DNA of 64,000 nucleotides from Oscillospiraceae bacterium (GTDB lineage Bacteria; Bacillota; Clostridia; Oscillospirales; JAAYXM01): NCBI GenBank assembly GCA_017439555.1, contig JAFSIZ010000062.1, positions 19,010 through 83,009 of the forward strand, given 5' to 3'. This document shows positions 1 through 9,411 of the stretch, one piece after another. Position numbers and translations under genes: made by a program. Below the pieces are notes generated by a model. The model did no database searches and had not been told where the DNA came from. It was given only the letters and a program-made list of their open reading frames with translations. Position 1 is the first letter of the stretch, and the number at the start of each line of letters is the position of its first letter.

Positions 1-51
1 GCGCAGCATTGAATTAATCGCTGCAAAACTCTGTCCATAACATAATAAATA

Positions 52-1179
52 TTATTCTTCAATCAATTTCGTAAAATCCTTTATATTATTTCTCAAAACA
101 GGTCTACCGTCGAAAAGGAGTTCAACTGCTCCGTTGTTGATTTTTCTGATGAACCTGACACCTCCGTCAATGGAATATATCCGCATCTCGGAAGTATTAT
201 CCTCAAGAACAAGTTCAATAACAAGGAAGCATTTTCCATCCTCGGTCCTGATATATGTCTCAAAAGCATTTTTCGCAGAGATTTTCTCCGAATATTTATA
301 ATCACCGATATGTATGTTGATGGAAGTCAAATCCTCTTCATATTCGCCATCATAGGAAACAAAGATATCGTCCTTCAAATCATTGCACCTGAATGCAATG
401 CCTTCCGAAAAAACTGCACAATCTGCGCCGTCTGCGCGGTATTCGGGCTTTATAATGCTTTCCGGAAGCCTTGCGAAGAGTATTCCGTCGGCATACGATG
501 CAAGCGCATACGGGTCAAAATAGAAGGTTATTCCGTCCGGCTCAAATGACCAGGAGAGTGAATCGTAGTCCGAGAGCAATTCATCGAGCGAATCCATATC
601 CACCATAAGCCTCTCGCGATAATGCTTGAGAAGCTCTGCTTTTATCAGCTTCGGAAGCTTTTCAGGCTCGATGACGACATCCGACGGGGCGAGAGTTTTA
701 CCGGTTTTCGTGTCAAAAGTCGTTCCGTAGCAATAGTGGTAGCCGTGAGCTCCGCCGAGGTAATAATCGATATAGGAAAGCACACTCACGATTGTCTCAT
801 CAGCGCGGCAGATATAGAGCTCCTCGCTGCTGTAATATGGCAGAGGTGTTGAAAATTCAGGTTCTGACAACATATCATGTGCCGACTGAAGAAGCTCCTC
901 ATATATCTCGCGTGAGTTTTCCGCAACAGCTCCGTTAAACTTCATCAAAGCATCATAAAGAGCAGGATAATGCTCCTGATCAGCAGCCGAAATCCGCACT
1001 TCGCCATATGTCGTATAAGCAAGCTGCTCCGAATTTTCATCAAGCGATTCTTTTCCGTTGCGGTAAACGGTGATTTCAAGCTCCTTGAGCTCCGAAGAGG
1101 TTCGCGCCGATTCCACCGAGCAGGATGAAAACAGAAGCAAAAGCGAAAGGATTGCGGCAAAAATTCTCAATGTCTTCAT
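52..1179 (-). CDS. Putative lipoprotein with a DUF3298 (RsiV/PdaC C-terminal-like) domain
   Basis: 375-aa ORF. The N-terminal signal peptide ends in a lipobox-like LLFSSC. The motif DYYLGGAHGYH is typical of DUF3298 domains. The gene is divergent from the two-component operon. Confidence 0.6.
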   Translation of the reverse strand: MKTLRIFAAILSLLLLFSSCSVESARTSSELKELEITVYRNGKESLDENSEQLAYTTYGEVRISAADQEHYPALYDALMKFNGAVAENSREIYEELLQSAHDMLSEPEFSTPLPYYSSEELYICRADETIVSVLSYIDYYLGGAHGYHYCYGTTFDTKTGKTLAPSDVVIEPEKLPKLIKAELLKHYRERLMVDMDSLDELLSDYDSLSWSFEPDGITFYFDPYALASYADGILFARLPESIIKPEYRADGADCAVFSEGIAFRCNDLKDDIFVSYDGEYEEDLTSINIHIGDYKYSEKISAKNAFETYIRTEDGKCFLVIELVLEDNTSEMRIYSIDGGVRFIRKINNGAVELLFDGRPVLRNNIKDFTKLIEE

Positions 1180-1296
1180 ATGTCATATCCCTAAATAAAA
1201 TATGTATATCTTTATTATATACTTTGCCGCTTTTAAATTCAATGAAAAACTTCAAATCAAAAATAGTATAACTGTCTGAAAAACGCAAACAAAACT

Positions 1297-1324
1297 TTAA
1301 CATTTGTGTGCTATATTATATAAT
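1297..1324 (+). promoter_or_regulatory. Candidate sigma70-type promoter for the two-component operon
   Basis: TTAACA (1297-1302), a 16-nt spacer, then TATAAT (1319-1324), about 24 nt upstream of the ATG at 1348. Read by eye only. Confidence 0.35.
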
Positions 1325-1347
1325 AGATAAAAAGGGAGGTTCGTCTT

Positions 1348-2019
1348 ATGTTCAGGATTCTTGTTGTTGAAGATGATTATGAGCTTAATAAATCTGTCTG
1401 CTCCTATCTCAACCGAAACGGCTATGTTGCAACAGGCTGTCACTCGGCAGATGAGGCATATGATGCAATGTATGAAAACATATATGACCTCATTGTGTCG
1501 GATATTATGATGCCGAAGGTTGACGGTTTTGAGTTTGCAAAGACGGTGCGCGAGCTTAACGAGGATATTCCGATATTATTTATGACCGCACGCGACGATT
1601 TCACCTCAAAACAGCGAGGCTTCCGCATCGGAGTTGACGATTATATGGTAAAGCCCATCGACCTTGACGAGCTGTTTCTGCGGATAGGCGCGCTGCTTCG
1701 CCGCGCAAAAATCGCATCAAGCCGGACTCTTACAGTCGGAAGCTTTCATATGGATATAGACGAGCACACCGCATATCTTGGCGATGAGGAAATTCAGCTC
1801 ACAACGCGTGAATTCAGCCTCCTTTATAAGCTTCTCTCCTATCCTAAAAAGACATTTACCAGAACTCAGCTTATGGATGAATTCTGGGATGCAGATACAT
1901 CCTCCGGCACACGAACTGTCGATGTCTATATGACAAAGCTTCGCTCAAAGCTCGCAGACTGCTCCGATTTCGAAATTGTCACGGTACACGGGCTCGGGTA
2001 TAAGGCGGTGATAAAATGA
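1348..2019 (+). CDS. OmpR-family response regulator
   Basis: Receiver domain (VVEDD ... VSDIMMPKVDG ... K) plus a C-terminal winged-helix Trans_reg_C domain (LTTREFSLLYKLL ... VDVYMTKLRSKL ... GLGYK). A GGGAGG SD lies 8 nt upstream. Confidence 0.9.
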   Translation: MFRILVVEDDYELNKSVCSYLNRNGYVATGCHSADEAYDAMYENIYDLIVSDIMMPKVDGFEFAKTVRELNEDIPILFMTARDDFTSKQRGFRIGVDDYMVKPIDLDELFLRIGALLRRAKIASSRTLTVGSFHMDIDEHTAYLGDEEIQLTTREFSLLYKLLSYPKKTFTRTQLMDEFWDADTSSGTRTVDVYMTKLRSKLADCSDFEIVTVHGLGYKAVIK

Positions 2020-3044
2020 GGAAATTCTTTTTCATTTTCCATACCTTTATCATATATTTTCTCCTTTCCGCCTTTATCGTCACCTGCTCGTTCCTCATCT
2101 TTTTCAGCAGCGGCATTCCCGTTATCGAAAATCTTCGGCCTGCGGCAATATATACCTTCTTCAATGTTCTTTTTATAACGGCAATACTCGTCGGTTTTGA
2201 CCTGATACGCCGCAGAATAACAGTTGAGCGCCCTGTGAAGAAAATTCAGGATGCTCTCTCAAAAATCACAGCAGGCGATTTTTCCGTGAGGCTCGACACC
2301 GCAGCAAGCAGAGCAGAATATACAGAAATTATGCAAAGCATAAACCGTATGACAGAGGAGCTTGGCGGCGTTGAAACACTTCGCAGCGATTTCATCGCAA
2401 ACGTATCACACGAAATGAAAACGCCGCTCGCTGTTATGCAAAACTACGGAACGCTTCTGCAAGCTCCTGATTTATCCGAGAGCGAAAGGCTCGAATATGC
2501 AAAGGCTATAACCGACAGTTCCGAAAGGCTCGCCTCGCTTATGACCAACATTTTGAAGCTCAACAAATTGGAGAACCAACAGATTTACCCGGAGCCTATG
2601 GAATACAATCTCGGAGAGCAGCTTTGCGAATGTCTGCTGCTTTTCGAAGACATCTGGGAAAAGAACGAAATCAGGCTCGAGACGGATATCGCAGAAAATG
2701 TTTTCATAACAGCTGACAGCGAGCTTCTTGCCCTCGTCTGGAACAATCTTCTCTCCAACGCATTTAAGTTCACCCCTCGCGGCGGAAAGATTTCCGTCGT
2801 TCTCACCTGCAACGAAAACACCGCCATCGTAAAAGTCAAAGACACAGGCTGCGGCATGACGCCTGAGGTCGGTGCACATATATTCGAGAAGTTTTATCAG
2901 GGCGATGCTTCACGCGCCACACAAGGAAACGGGCTCGGTCTCGCGCTTGTGCGGCGCATCACAGACATTGTACGCGGCGAAATCTCTGTCGAAAGTGAGC
3001 CCGGACGTGGCAGCATTTTCACTGTCAATATACCAAGGCAGTGA
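2016..3044 (+). CDS. Sensor histidine kinase (2 TM, HAMP, HisKA, HATPase_c)
   Basis: H-box NVSHEMKTPL, N-box WNNLLSNAFKF, G-boxes DTGCGM and GNGLGL, and two N-terminal hydrophobic helices. Its start forms an ATGA overlap with the regulator's stop. Confidence 0.9.
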   Translation: MRKFFFIFHTFIIYFLLSAFIVTCSFLIFFSSGIPVIENLRPAAIYTFFNVLFITAILVGFDLIRRRITVERPVKKIQDALSKITAGDFSVRLDTAASRAEYTEIMQSINRMTEELGGVETLRSDFIANVSHEMKTPLAVMQNYGTLLQAPDLSESERLEYAKAITDSSERLASLMTNILKLNKLENQQIYPEPMEYNLGEQLCECLLLFEDIWEKNEIRLETDIAENVFITADSELLALVWNNLLSNAFKFTPRGGKISVVLTCNENTAIVKVKDTGCGMTPEVGAHIFEKFYQGDASRATQGNGLGLALVRRITDIVRGEISVESEPGRGSIFTVNIPRQ

Positions 3045-3081
3045 AATCAGGATACCATTTCATAAAAGGAGAAAATACAAA

Positions 3082-3450
3082 ATGGCCGGCAATTCATTCA
3101 AATACACATATTCCGCAAAACAGCAGGAGGAAATAAAGCGCATACGCAACAAATACGTTGCACCCGAAGAGGACAAGATGGAGCAGCTTCGCAGGCTCGA
3201 TCGCAGCGTAACAAGCGGTGCAACAGCAGTCTCGCTGATTCTCGGCGTTATCGGTACGCTTATTATGGGGCTTGGAATGAGCTGTGTTATTGTCCGGGGA
3301 AATACGTTGTTTATTCCCGGTATCATTATCGGACTTTTGGGAATTGCGATTCTCTCACTTGCCTATCCGATATATTCACGCATCACGAAGCGCAACAGAA
3401 CACGCCTTGCCCCCGAAATAATCCGCTTGACAGACGAGCTTATGAAATAA
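3082..3450 (+). CDS. Small membrane protein (2 predicted TM helices), function unknown
   Basis: Start chosen at ATG 3082, preceded by AAAGGAG (3065-3071). The longer track ORF from 2872 overlaps the kinase 3-prime end and has no SD. The C-terminal half has two hydrophobic helices (AVSLILGVIGTLIMGLG, IPGIIIGLLGIAILSLAY). Confidence 0.6.
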   Translation: MAGNSFKYTYSAKQQEEIKRIRNKYVAPEEDKMEQLRRLDRSVTSGATAVSLILGVIGTLIMGLGMSCVIVRGNTLFIPGIIIGLLGIAILSLAYPIYSRITKRNRTRLAPEIIRLTDELMK

Positions 3451-3516
3451 AATTCTCCCCTTCAACACTTGACATCAAGTGACTTTCTATTGTATCATTT
3501 AACCTGGTGATGAATT

Positions 3517-4374
3517 ATGGATTATAATTATTATTTTGACAAAATAGAACTTTGGGAAGAAGGAAAAAAGAGCTTTTTTGATATACATAAAAAGCTTGAA
3601 GACGCAGAATTTGAAGGTATTATGGATAAAGCCTTCAAGGAATATGACAATGGGGATAAAGCGTTTGAAGCTTTTATGCTTCCGCTTGTCGAAAAGCTCG
3701 GCTATCCCATCGAGGTACTTACAACATATTTTTACGTCCGCATAAGCGAACGCACCTTTGATGAATATAAAAGGCGCGGAATCAGCGAAAACGTATTCTA
3801 TGATACGATGAACGAAATCGCGATATCCAGCCGTCTCGGCTTTGATCGCCATGATGTTTATGGCATTCCGCAAGCGCCCGAGAGACCTTGGGACAGACTT
3901 TTTCTCGACTGCAAGCTGTTCAGGTTTGAAAGGCTGCAGTTTGAAGTATTTAAAGCTCCTGTCGATACAGAAATCGACGGGCATAAAATATCAAAGGGCG
4001 AGATATGCATCAACACCCATATTCAGGGCTATTCTCCGCTCCGTGAAGAGGATTGCGAGAAGTCATATGCTCTTGCTCGTGAATTTTTCAAGAAATATTT
4101 TGGCATTGACACCTGTGTTTTCTTCTGTGTTTCCTGGCTTCTTCACCCTTGGCTTCGCGAGAGTCTTTCCGAAAACTCGGGAATCGTCAAATTTCAGAGC
4201 AAATTCAAAATTCTTGAAGTTACCGAAATGCCTCAAGAGGTTGTTCAATATGTATTCTTCAAGAAATTCGACGATCCGAACCTCTACCCCGAGGACACCA
4301 CACTCCGCCGCCTTGTAAAGCAGCGTCTCATTGATTCCGCTCCGATGGGCATAGCACTCGGCGTAAGGCTCTAA
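3517..4374 (+). CDS. Hypothetical protein, possibly the acyltransferase-like NAT_N/GNAT_C (DUF5596) family
   Basis: 285-aa ORF with good coding character. The family call rests only on my recollection of similar N-terminal (YYFDKI...) and RLQFE-containing proteins; no catalytic motif was verified. Confidence 0.5.
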   Translation: MDYNYYFDKIELWEEGKKSFFDIHKKLEDAEFEGIMDKAFKEYDNGDKAFEAFMLPLVEKLGYPIEVLTTYFYVRISERTFDEYKRRGISENVFYDTMNEIAISSRLGFDRHDVYGIPQAPERPWDRLFLDCKLFRFERLQFEVFKAPVDTEIDGHKISKGEICINTHIQGYSPLREEDCEKSYALAREFFKKYFGIDTCVFFCVSWLLHPWLRESLSENSGIVKFQSKFKILEVTEMPQEVVQYVFFKKFDDPNLYPEDTTLRRLVKQRLIDSAPMGIALGVRL

Positions 4375-4389
4375 AACGGAGGTATATCA

Positions 4390-5448
4390 ATGTGCAATAT
4401 AGCAGGCTATGCCGGTGAAAGGCCCGCCGCTCCGATTCTTCTTGAAATGCTTCGTCGCGAAGAGGGATTCGACGCAGGCTACTACAGCGGCATAGCAACC
4501 ATACACGAAGGAAAAATATACTATGCCAAGCTTACAGGCAATGTTCAGCGCCTTATCGATAACACAGACGCCGCAGCTCTCCCCGGAAATACAGGCATAA
4601 TCCACGGCCGATCCGGGCCTATAAGCGGTGATGACCGTTGGGCACATCCGTTCGTCAGCAAATCGGGCGGTGAAATAGAGCTTGCATATGTTGCAAACGG
4701 AGGAATCGGATTTGCCGCAAACCGCCGCGCCGAATATGGCAGGCTCGCGGATTCGCTTCTCAGCGACGGCTTTGACCTTCCATCACGTCAGACATTTAAC
4801 GGAGATGTCTATAACAAGCTCTCAGACGGCACGACAGCGCATATGAGCGATGTTATGTGCCAGCTTATCGCAAAAAATTATTTCGGCGGCAAAAATCCTC
4901 AGTGCGCTATGGCCGATGCTTTTTGCGAGATGCCGAGTGAGATTGTCGGTCTTCTTCTCTCGCTTTCAGATCCTGATAAAATATTTTTTGCGCGCATAAA
5001 TCAGCCTATGTTTGCAGGCTTTGCAAACCACGGCGCATATCTTGCGACGACGTCAATAGCATTCCCGGATGACGCCGGAGAGGCACAGCTTCTGCCCCCA
5101 CTTTCTTCGGGATACATAACGCAGAGAGAGCTCCACTCTTCTCCGTTTAAAAATCCGCCGTGCACTGTCGCGCCGATAGATGCAAAGCTTCGCCACGATG
5201 CATATGATGCAATCTGCCGGGAGCTCAGAGCCGGAAACCGCGAGCTCTGGAACCCGATTACAGAATATAACCTTGCCGATCCAATCATACCGATGTTCAA
5301 AAAGGCAGATTGTGTTCCGGAAAACGCACTCATGTATGATATACTCTATTCTCTCTATAAAGAAGGCATGCTCAGCATCGACACGGTGCTCGACAAAACC
5401 TCGGTTGACGGCGTTTTGGCAACGCGATTCAAGCTCGGCCTTAAATGA
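4390..5448 (+). CDS. Class II (Ntn-type) glutamine amidotransferase domain protein with an uncharacterised C-terminal region
   Basis: It begins MCNIAGYAG, the Cys2 nucleophile as in GlmS/PurF/AsnB. GlmS-like blocks GIIHGRSGP...WAHPF and YVANGGI are present. There is no SIS or synthetase domain, and roughly 130 aa of unknown C-terminal sequence. A GGAGG SD is upstream. Confidence 0.7.
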   Translation: MCNIAGYAGERPAAPILLEMLRREEGFDAGYYSGIATIHEGKIYYAKLTGNVQRLIDNTDAAALPGNTGIIHGRSGPISGDDRWAHPFVSKSGGEIELAYVANGGIGFAANRRAEYGRLADSLLSDGFDLPSRQTFNGDVYNKLSDGTTAHMSDVMCQLIAKNYFGGKNPQCAMADAFCEMPSEIVGLLLSLSDPDKIFFARINQPMFAGFANHGAYLATTSIAFPDDAGEAQLLPPLSSGYITQRELHSSPFKNPPCTVAPIDAKLRHDAYDAICRELRAGNRELWNPITEYNLADPIIPMFKKADCVPENALMYDILYSLYKEGMLSIDTVLDKTSVDGVLATRFKLGLK

Positions 5449-5457
5449 ACGATAATA

Positions 5458-5496
5458 AACAAAAAAGCTTTGGCAAATGCCAAAGCTTTTTTGTTT
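5458..5496. terminator. Bidirectional rho-independent terminator (between convergent genes)
   Basis: Hairpin AGCTTTGGC-aaat-GCCAAAGCT flanked by an A-run on the left and a T-run on the right. Confidence 0.8.
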
Positions 5497-5501
5497 TCAT
5501 A

Positions 5502-6938
5502 TTAATGTCTGTCGAGAAGCTCTTTTCTCATATCCCAGAGCTTCTGAGAAAGGTCGACATAGTAGTTGTGCGGATTTTCAAAGCGGCAGACCTCTGCCCA
5601 CATCTCATCCATACTCTTTGCGCAATAGGCACGGATATCTTCTATCGAGCGATCTTCATAAACACATTCGCCATTATCAAAGATTTTCTCGAGCAGCGGA
5701 CGTGCTGTGAAGTTTTCGATCGTCTTGCGCTTCCATGTGTGTTCGGGATCAAAGAGCTCATAGGGCTTTCCGCTCTCGATAACCTCATCGTGAAGCGTTA
5801 TTACATCAGCCTCAGCCTTTCCGCTCTCATTGTCATAAAGACGCCATACCTGCTTAAAGCCCGGAATGGTTATCTTCTCGACATTTTCGGAAAGCTTTAT
5901 CTTCGGGATGATTTCGCCGCCCTGTTCAACGCCGACAAGCTTATAAACACCGCCGAAAACAGGCTCACTTCTCGATGTTATGAGGCGCTCTCCGACGCCG
6001 AAAATATCAATCTGCGCACCCTGCATAATGATGTCGCGGATGATATATTCATCGAGCGCGTTAGATGCGATGATCTTGCAGTCTGGATAGCCCGCATCAT
6101 CGAGCATCTTTCTTGCCTTCTGCGAGAGATATGTCATATCACCGCTGTCGATTCTGATGCCCTTCGGGCGAAAGCCGCGCGGCTTGAGTTCTTCATCAAA
6201 CACCTTTATGGCATTCGGGATACCCGACTTGAGAACATTATATGTGTCAACAAGAAGAGAACAGTTATCGGGATAAGTCCTTGCATATGCGCGGAATGCA
6301 TCGAGCTCAGTCGGGAACATCTGAACCCAGCTATGTGCCATTGTTCCTGTTGCCGGCACGCCATAGTCGCGCTCTGAGATCGTACACGCAGTTCCCACAC
6401 ATCCGCCGATATATGCAGCTCTTGCACCATAAATCGCGCCGTCGTAGCCCTGAGCGCGGCGTGATCCGAATTCCATAACAGGTCTTCCCTGCGCTGCGCG
6501 GACAATGCGGTTTGATTTTGTTGCAATAAGGCTCTGATGATTTATCGTCAGTAGTACCATCGTCTCGATCAGCTGAGCTTCAATCGCAGGTCCGCGGACG
6601 ACGACGATCGGCTCACGCGGAAAAATAGGCGTTCCCTCAGGCACAGCCCAGACGTCGCTTGAAAATTTGAAATTGCGGAGATACGCAAGGAATTCTTCGT
6701 CGAATATTTTTTTGCCGCGAAGAAATTCTATATCCTCATCGTCAAAGCGGAGCTCGCGCAGATATTCAACAAGCTGCTGAACACCGGCCATAATTGCATA
6801 GCCACCACCGTCGGGGATTTTGCGGAAGAACATATCAAAATATGTTACCGTGTCCTTCATTCCGTTTGCAAAATACCCCTTTGCCATTGTAAGCTCATAG
6901 AAATCCATAAGCATCGTGAGATTTAAATCACGCTTCAT
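5502..6938 (-). CDS. pncB: Nicotinate phosphoribosyltransferase
   Basis: 478 aa. The N-terminus TMLMDFYELTMAKGYF and overall NAPRTase-like sequence (RAAQGRPVMEFGSRRAQG, GTMAHSW). Confidence 0.9.
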   Translation of the reverse strand: MKRDLNLTMLMDFYELTMAKGYFANGMKDTVTYFDMFFRKIPDGGGYAIMAGVQQLVEYLRELRFDDEDIEFLRGKKIFDEEFLAYLRNFKFSSDVWAVPEGTPIFPREPIVVVRGPAIEAQLIETMVLLTINHQSLIATKSNRIVRAAQGRPVMEFGSRRAQGYDGAIYGARAAYIGGCVGTACTISERDYGVPATGTMAHSWVQMFPTELDAFRAYARTYPDNCSLLVDTYNVLKSGIPNAIKVFDEELKPRGFRPKGIRIDSGDMTYLSQKARKMLDDAGYPDCKIIASNALDEYIIRDIIMQGAQIDIFGVGERLITSRSEPVFGGVYKLVGVEQGGEIIPKIKLSENVEKITIPGFKQVWRLYDNESGKAEADVITLHDEVIESGKPYELFDPEHTWKRKTIENFTARPLLEKIFDNGECVYEDRSIEDIRAYCAKSMDEMWAEVCRFENPHNYYVDLSQKLWDMRKELLDRH

Positions 6939-6968
6939 AATGTCATCTCCTATGTGATATTACTACAC

Positions 6969-6997
6969 ATTTTACCACTGTTGTTTTATTTTTTCAA
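6969..6997 (-). promoter_or_regulatory. Candidate promoter for pncB
   Basis: On the minus strand: TTGAAA (6997-6992), a 17-nt spacer, then TAAAAT (6974-6969), about 30 nt upstream of the pncB ATG. Confidence 0.4.
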
Positions 6998-6999
6998 GT

Positions 7000-9327
7000 C
7001 TATTTAACGCCGGTTACGCGTCTTAACAGAATTTTCGTGTCAAACTTTTCATTCTCGCAAAGCTTGATGCACTTAAGCTTTTTACCTTTTGGAAGGATAT
7101 GCTCAAAGTGGTAGATGCAGAGCTTTTCTCCTTTTTCGTTTCTTTCTTCGACAGTATCCGAAAGATATGTCGAAATATATCCCGAATGGCGGTAAAGCTG
7201 AGGAGCAAGCGGCTTATTCTGTCTTCTTCCGCAATAGCCGATATTTCCGCAGCTCGTTATCGGAACAATCTCTTCCGAGCCGTCATCATACGAAAGGATA
7301 TAGCTTCCCACTTCGTCATATTTCTGCCACGGAAGTCTCACCATTCTGACAAGCTCCGTATGATCAAAGACAATACTGTCAAATTCGCCATTGATGCAAA
7401 GACTTTTCTCCTGTTTCTCAACATCGAACGGATTTTCGAGAAGAATCTCTCGCTTTGCATTTTCAATAAGCGACGGATATCTGACGTCCTGAAGATTTTC
7501 ACGGAGCTGTGGCATAAGCGCTCTTATTATATTGTCATAGGACAACGTATGCCTTTTTGAATAGCCTTCATCCCAGAGCATTTCCGCAGTGAGGACAATG
7601 TCATAAAGCTTGCCCTCCGCCTGAAGCGCAGGCTCGTTCGTTCCGACCCACGTTGATATCTGTCCTCCGACCATTCCGCTCTTTCTGATTCTCTTTTCAT
7701 AACGCGGATAATGGCTTGAATAGAGATTTCCGACGGCAACCTTAAATCCTTTTTCAAGAAGGTTTTCCTCAATGTCCTTGTCAAAATGGAAATACCAGAT
7801 GAAGTCAAGCATCAGAATATCCTTCGGGATCATATCGATTGCAGACGGTGTTCTGTATTTCGTCACCGGCTGAATCATATCCGACCATATCATCATCTTG
7901 AGTCCGCGATCCTTGAGATATGCATAAATTTTATTTATGTCGTCTGCAAGAAGCTTTGCAGGATCCTTATGCTTGCATATCGGGCAAACTCCGATTTCAT
8001 ATACCTCATCGTGCCCCATATGGACATATTCCGTGGGTTTGAAAACTTCAATTACCTCATCGAGAAGATCGAAAAGGATTTCATAGGATTTCGGATTTGA
8101 CGGGCAATAGGAATGGCGATAGAATTTCTCAGGACGGGCATCCTCGCCTCTTGTATCAATATCGCGCATCTCATCGTCATCCTCAATCTCAGCAATGTCG
8201 GGGTGCGCCTGCGTCATAAACTGAACGTGGCTGAGGCTCTGAACCTCGGGTATAACCTCAATACCGAAGCTTCTTATGTATTCAACAAACTCGGAAACCG
8301 CTGCTTTCGGAACTATCGTCTCGCCGCCTGCGCAGGCATGTGGGAATGGCGGCCATTCTCCTTTTTTGCTCATCTCAATGGTATGAATAAGAGCTTCGTT
8401 GATTTCGGGGTGCGATTCATATTGCATTCCGCCAGCAAGCTCGATGATGACGGCGTTATAGCCGAGCGGAGAAATCATATATTTTATGAGACGCTTTGCA
8501 TAATCCATCTCCGCAACCGACGGGAGCATAAGATGAACTCCGCGGAACGGCATAAACGGAGCATCGGAAACCCTGGCTTTTCTGACTCCGTTCTTCCCCG
8601 TGAGCTTTATGAAGCTTTCAGCACCGAGAACAAAGCCGCGAAAATTCGATGCAGAGATTTTCGCACCGTTTTCGTTGACTTCAAGCGCAAAGCCGTCCTT
8701 TGCTATGCCTTCATCCGTTACGAAACATACGCTTCCGCTCTCCGAGGGCTTCAAGGGTTCTCCCGTTATTTCAAGAAACTTTTCAGCAAGGACCTTTCCG
8801 GCCAAAAGACCGACTTCACACTCTGCACTGTAAGACGAAAATACGCTTACAGGAATGATTTCATCGCCATATTCAGCCTTATCGGGAATCGGGAAAACAT
8901 CTGCATTTTCTTCCATTGCACCGAAAAGACGGATTGAGCGCACTTCAATATCCGAAAAATCACCGAGGAGAATTATCGAAAGCTCGTCCGAAAGGAATCC
9001 GCCCTCAAGCCTTATAACCTTCTCGTAAATCGCTTTGCCTGTTTCCGCGGTATATACACCGTATGTATCGCCATCACTCTTTAGTGCAAGGCTTTGAAGC
9101 TCTGTTTCTTCTCCAAGCTCTATTTCGACGCAATCGACAAAGCATTTCTTTTCAAGCTTTACTGAAAGCTCAACAGGCGAATTTCTCGCCACCTGCCAGG
9201 AGATTGAAAGCGTCTCACCGGAAAACGGATTGCCTTCCGCCACAGCTTCAAGCTTTCTCGAACTTCCTTCAAATTCAAAAGAAAGCTTTATGTTATTCAA
9301 ATAATCATTTAAAAGCCCTATCTTCAT
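7000..9327 (-). CDS. Glycoside hydrolase family 20-like protein (putative beta-N-acetylhexosaminidase) with N- and C-terminal beta-sandwich-like regions
   Basis: 775 aa. It has GH20-like blocks PFRGVHLMLPS and YVHMGHDEVY, where the D-E pair sits where GH20 has H-x-G-G-D-E. No signal peptide is visible. Confidence 0.55.
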   Translation of the reverse strand: MKIGLLNDYLNNIKLSFEFEGSSRKLEAVAEGNPFSGETLSISWQVARNSPVELSVKLEKKCFVDCVEIELGEETELQSLALKSDGDTYGVYTAETGKAIYEKVIRLEGGFLSDELSIILLGDFSDIEVRSIRLFGAMEENADVFPIPDKAEYGDEIIPVSVFSSYSAECEVGLLAGKVLAEKFLEITGEPLKPSESGSVCFVTDEGIAKDGFALEVNENGAKISASNFRGFVLGAESFIKLTGKNGVRKARVSDAPFMPFRGVHLMLPSVAEMDYAKRLIKYMISPLGYNAVIIELAGGMQYESHPEINEALIHTIEMSKKGEWPPFPHACAGGETIVPKAAVSEFVEYIRSFGIEVIPEVQSLSHVQFMTQAHPDIAEIEDDDEMRDIDTRGEDARPEKFYRHSYCPSNPKSYEILFDLLDEVIEVFKPTEYVHMGHDEVYEIGVCPICKHKDPAKLLADDINKIYAYLKDRGLKMMIWSDMIQPVTKYRTPSAIDMIPKDILMLDFIWYFHFDKDIEENLLEKGFKVAVGNLYSSHYPRYEKRIRKSGMVGGQISTWVGTNEPALQAEGKLYDIVLTAEMLWDEGYSKRHTLSYDNIIRALMPQLRENLQDVRYPSLIENAKREILLENPFDVEKQEKSLCINGEFDSIVFDHTELVRMVRLPWQKYDEVGSYILSYDDGSEEIVPITSCGNIGYCGRRQNKPLAPQLYRHSGYISTYLSDTVEERNEKGEKLCIYHFEHILPKGKKLKCIKLCENEKFDTKILLRRVTGVK

Positions 9328-9411
9328 AAAACTGCACCCCTTTGGTTTGTTAAAATCATTCTACCACATCAAACTAAATTTATCTATATAAAAAGACTTT
9401 TCGCAAAGAAA

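Noticed and set aside
2872-3081. N-terminal extensions offered by the ORF track: 2872 for the small membrane protein, 24463 for uvrB, 13679 for araC, 21799 for the oxidoreductase, 33592 for yqeG
   Set aside because: The extensions overlap upstream genes or lack an SD. Internal starts with good SDs give N-termini that match the family expectation, for example UvrB starting ...[14 protein letters not shown].
5445-6377. A 310-aa ORF on the plus strand, antisense to pncB
   Set aside because: It is fully contained in the opposite strand of a well-supported NAPRTase gene. It has no SD and an odd Cys/Arg/Ile-rich composition. It begins inside the bidirectional terminator. This is a typical shadow ORF.
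8113-8937. Long antisense ORFs opposite real genes: 8113-8937, 15716-16420, 18787-19536, 30738-31415, 31740-32363, and 33408-33647 as an extension
   Set aside because: Each lies opposite a gene with clear family motifs (GH20-like, M42, citrate synthase, aminotransferase, efp/acidic protein, yqeG). They lack ribosome-binding sites and show low-complexity Ser/Arg/Cys-rich translations. I treat them as frame shadows.
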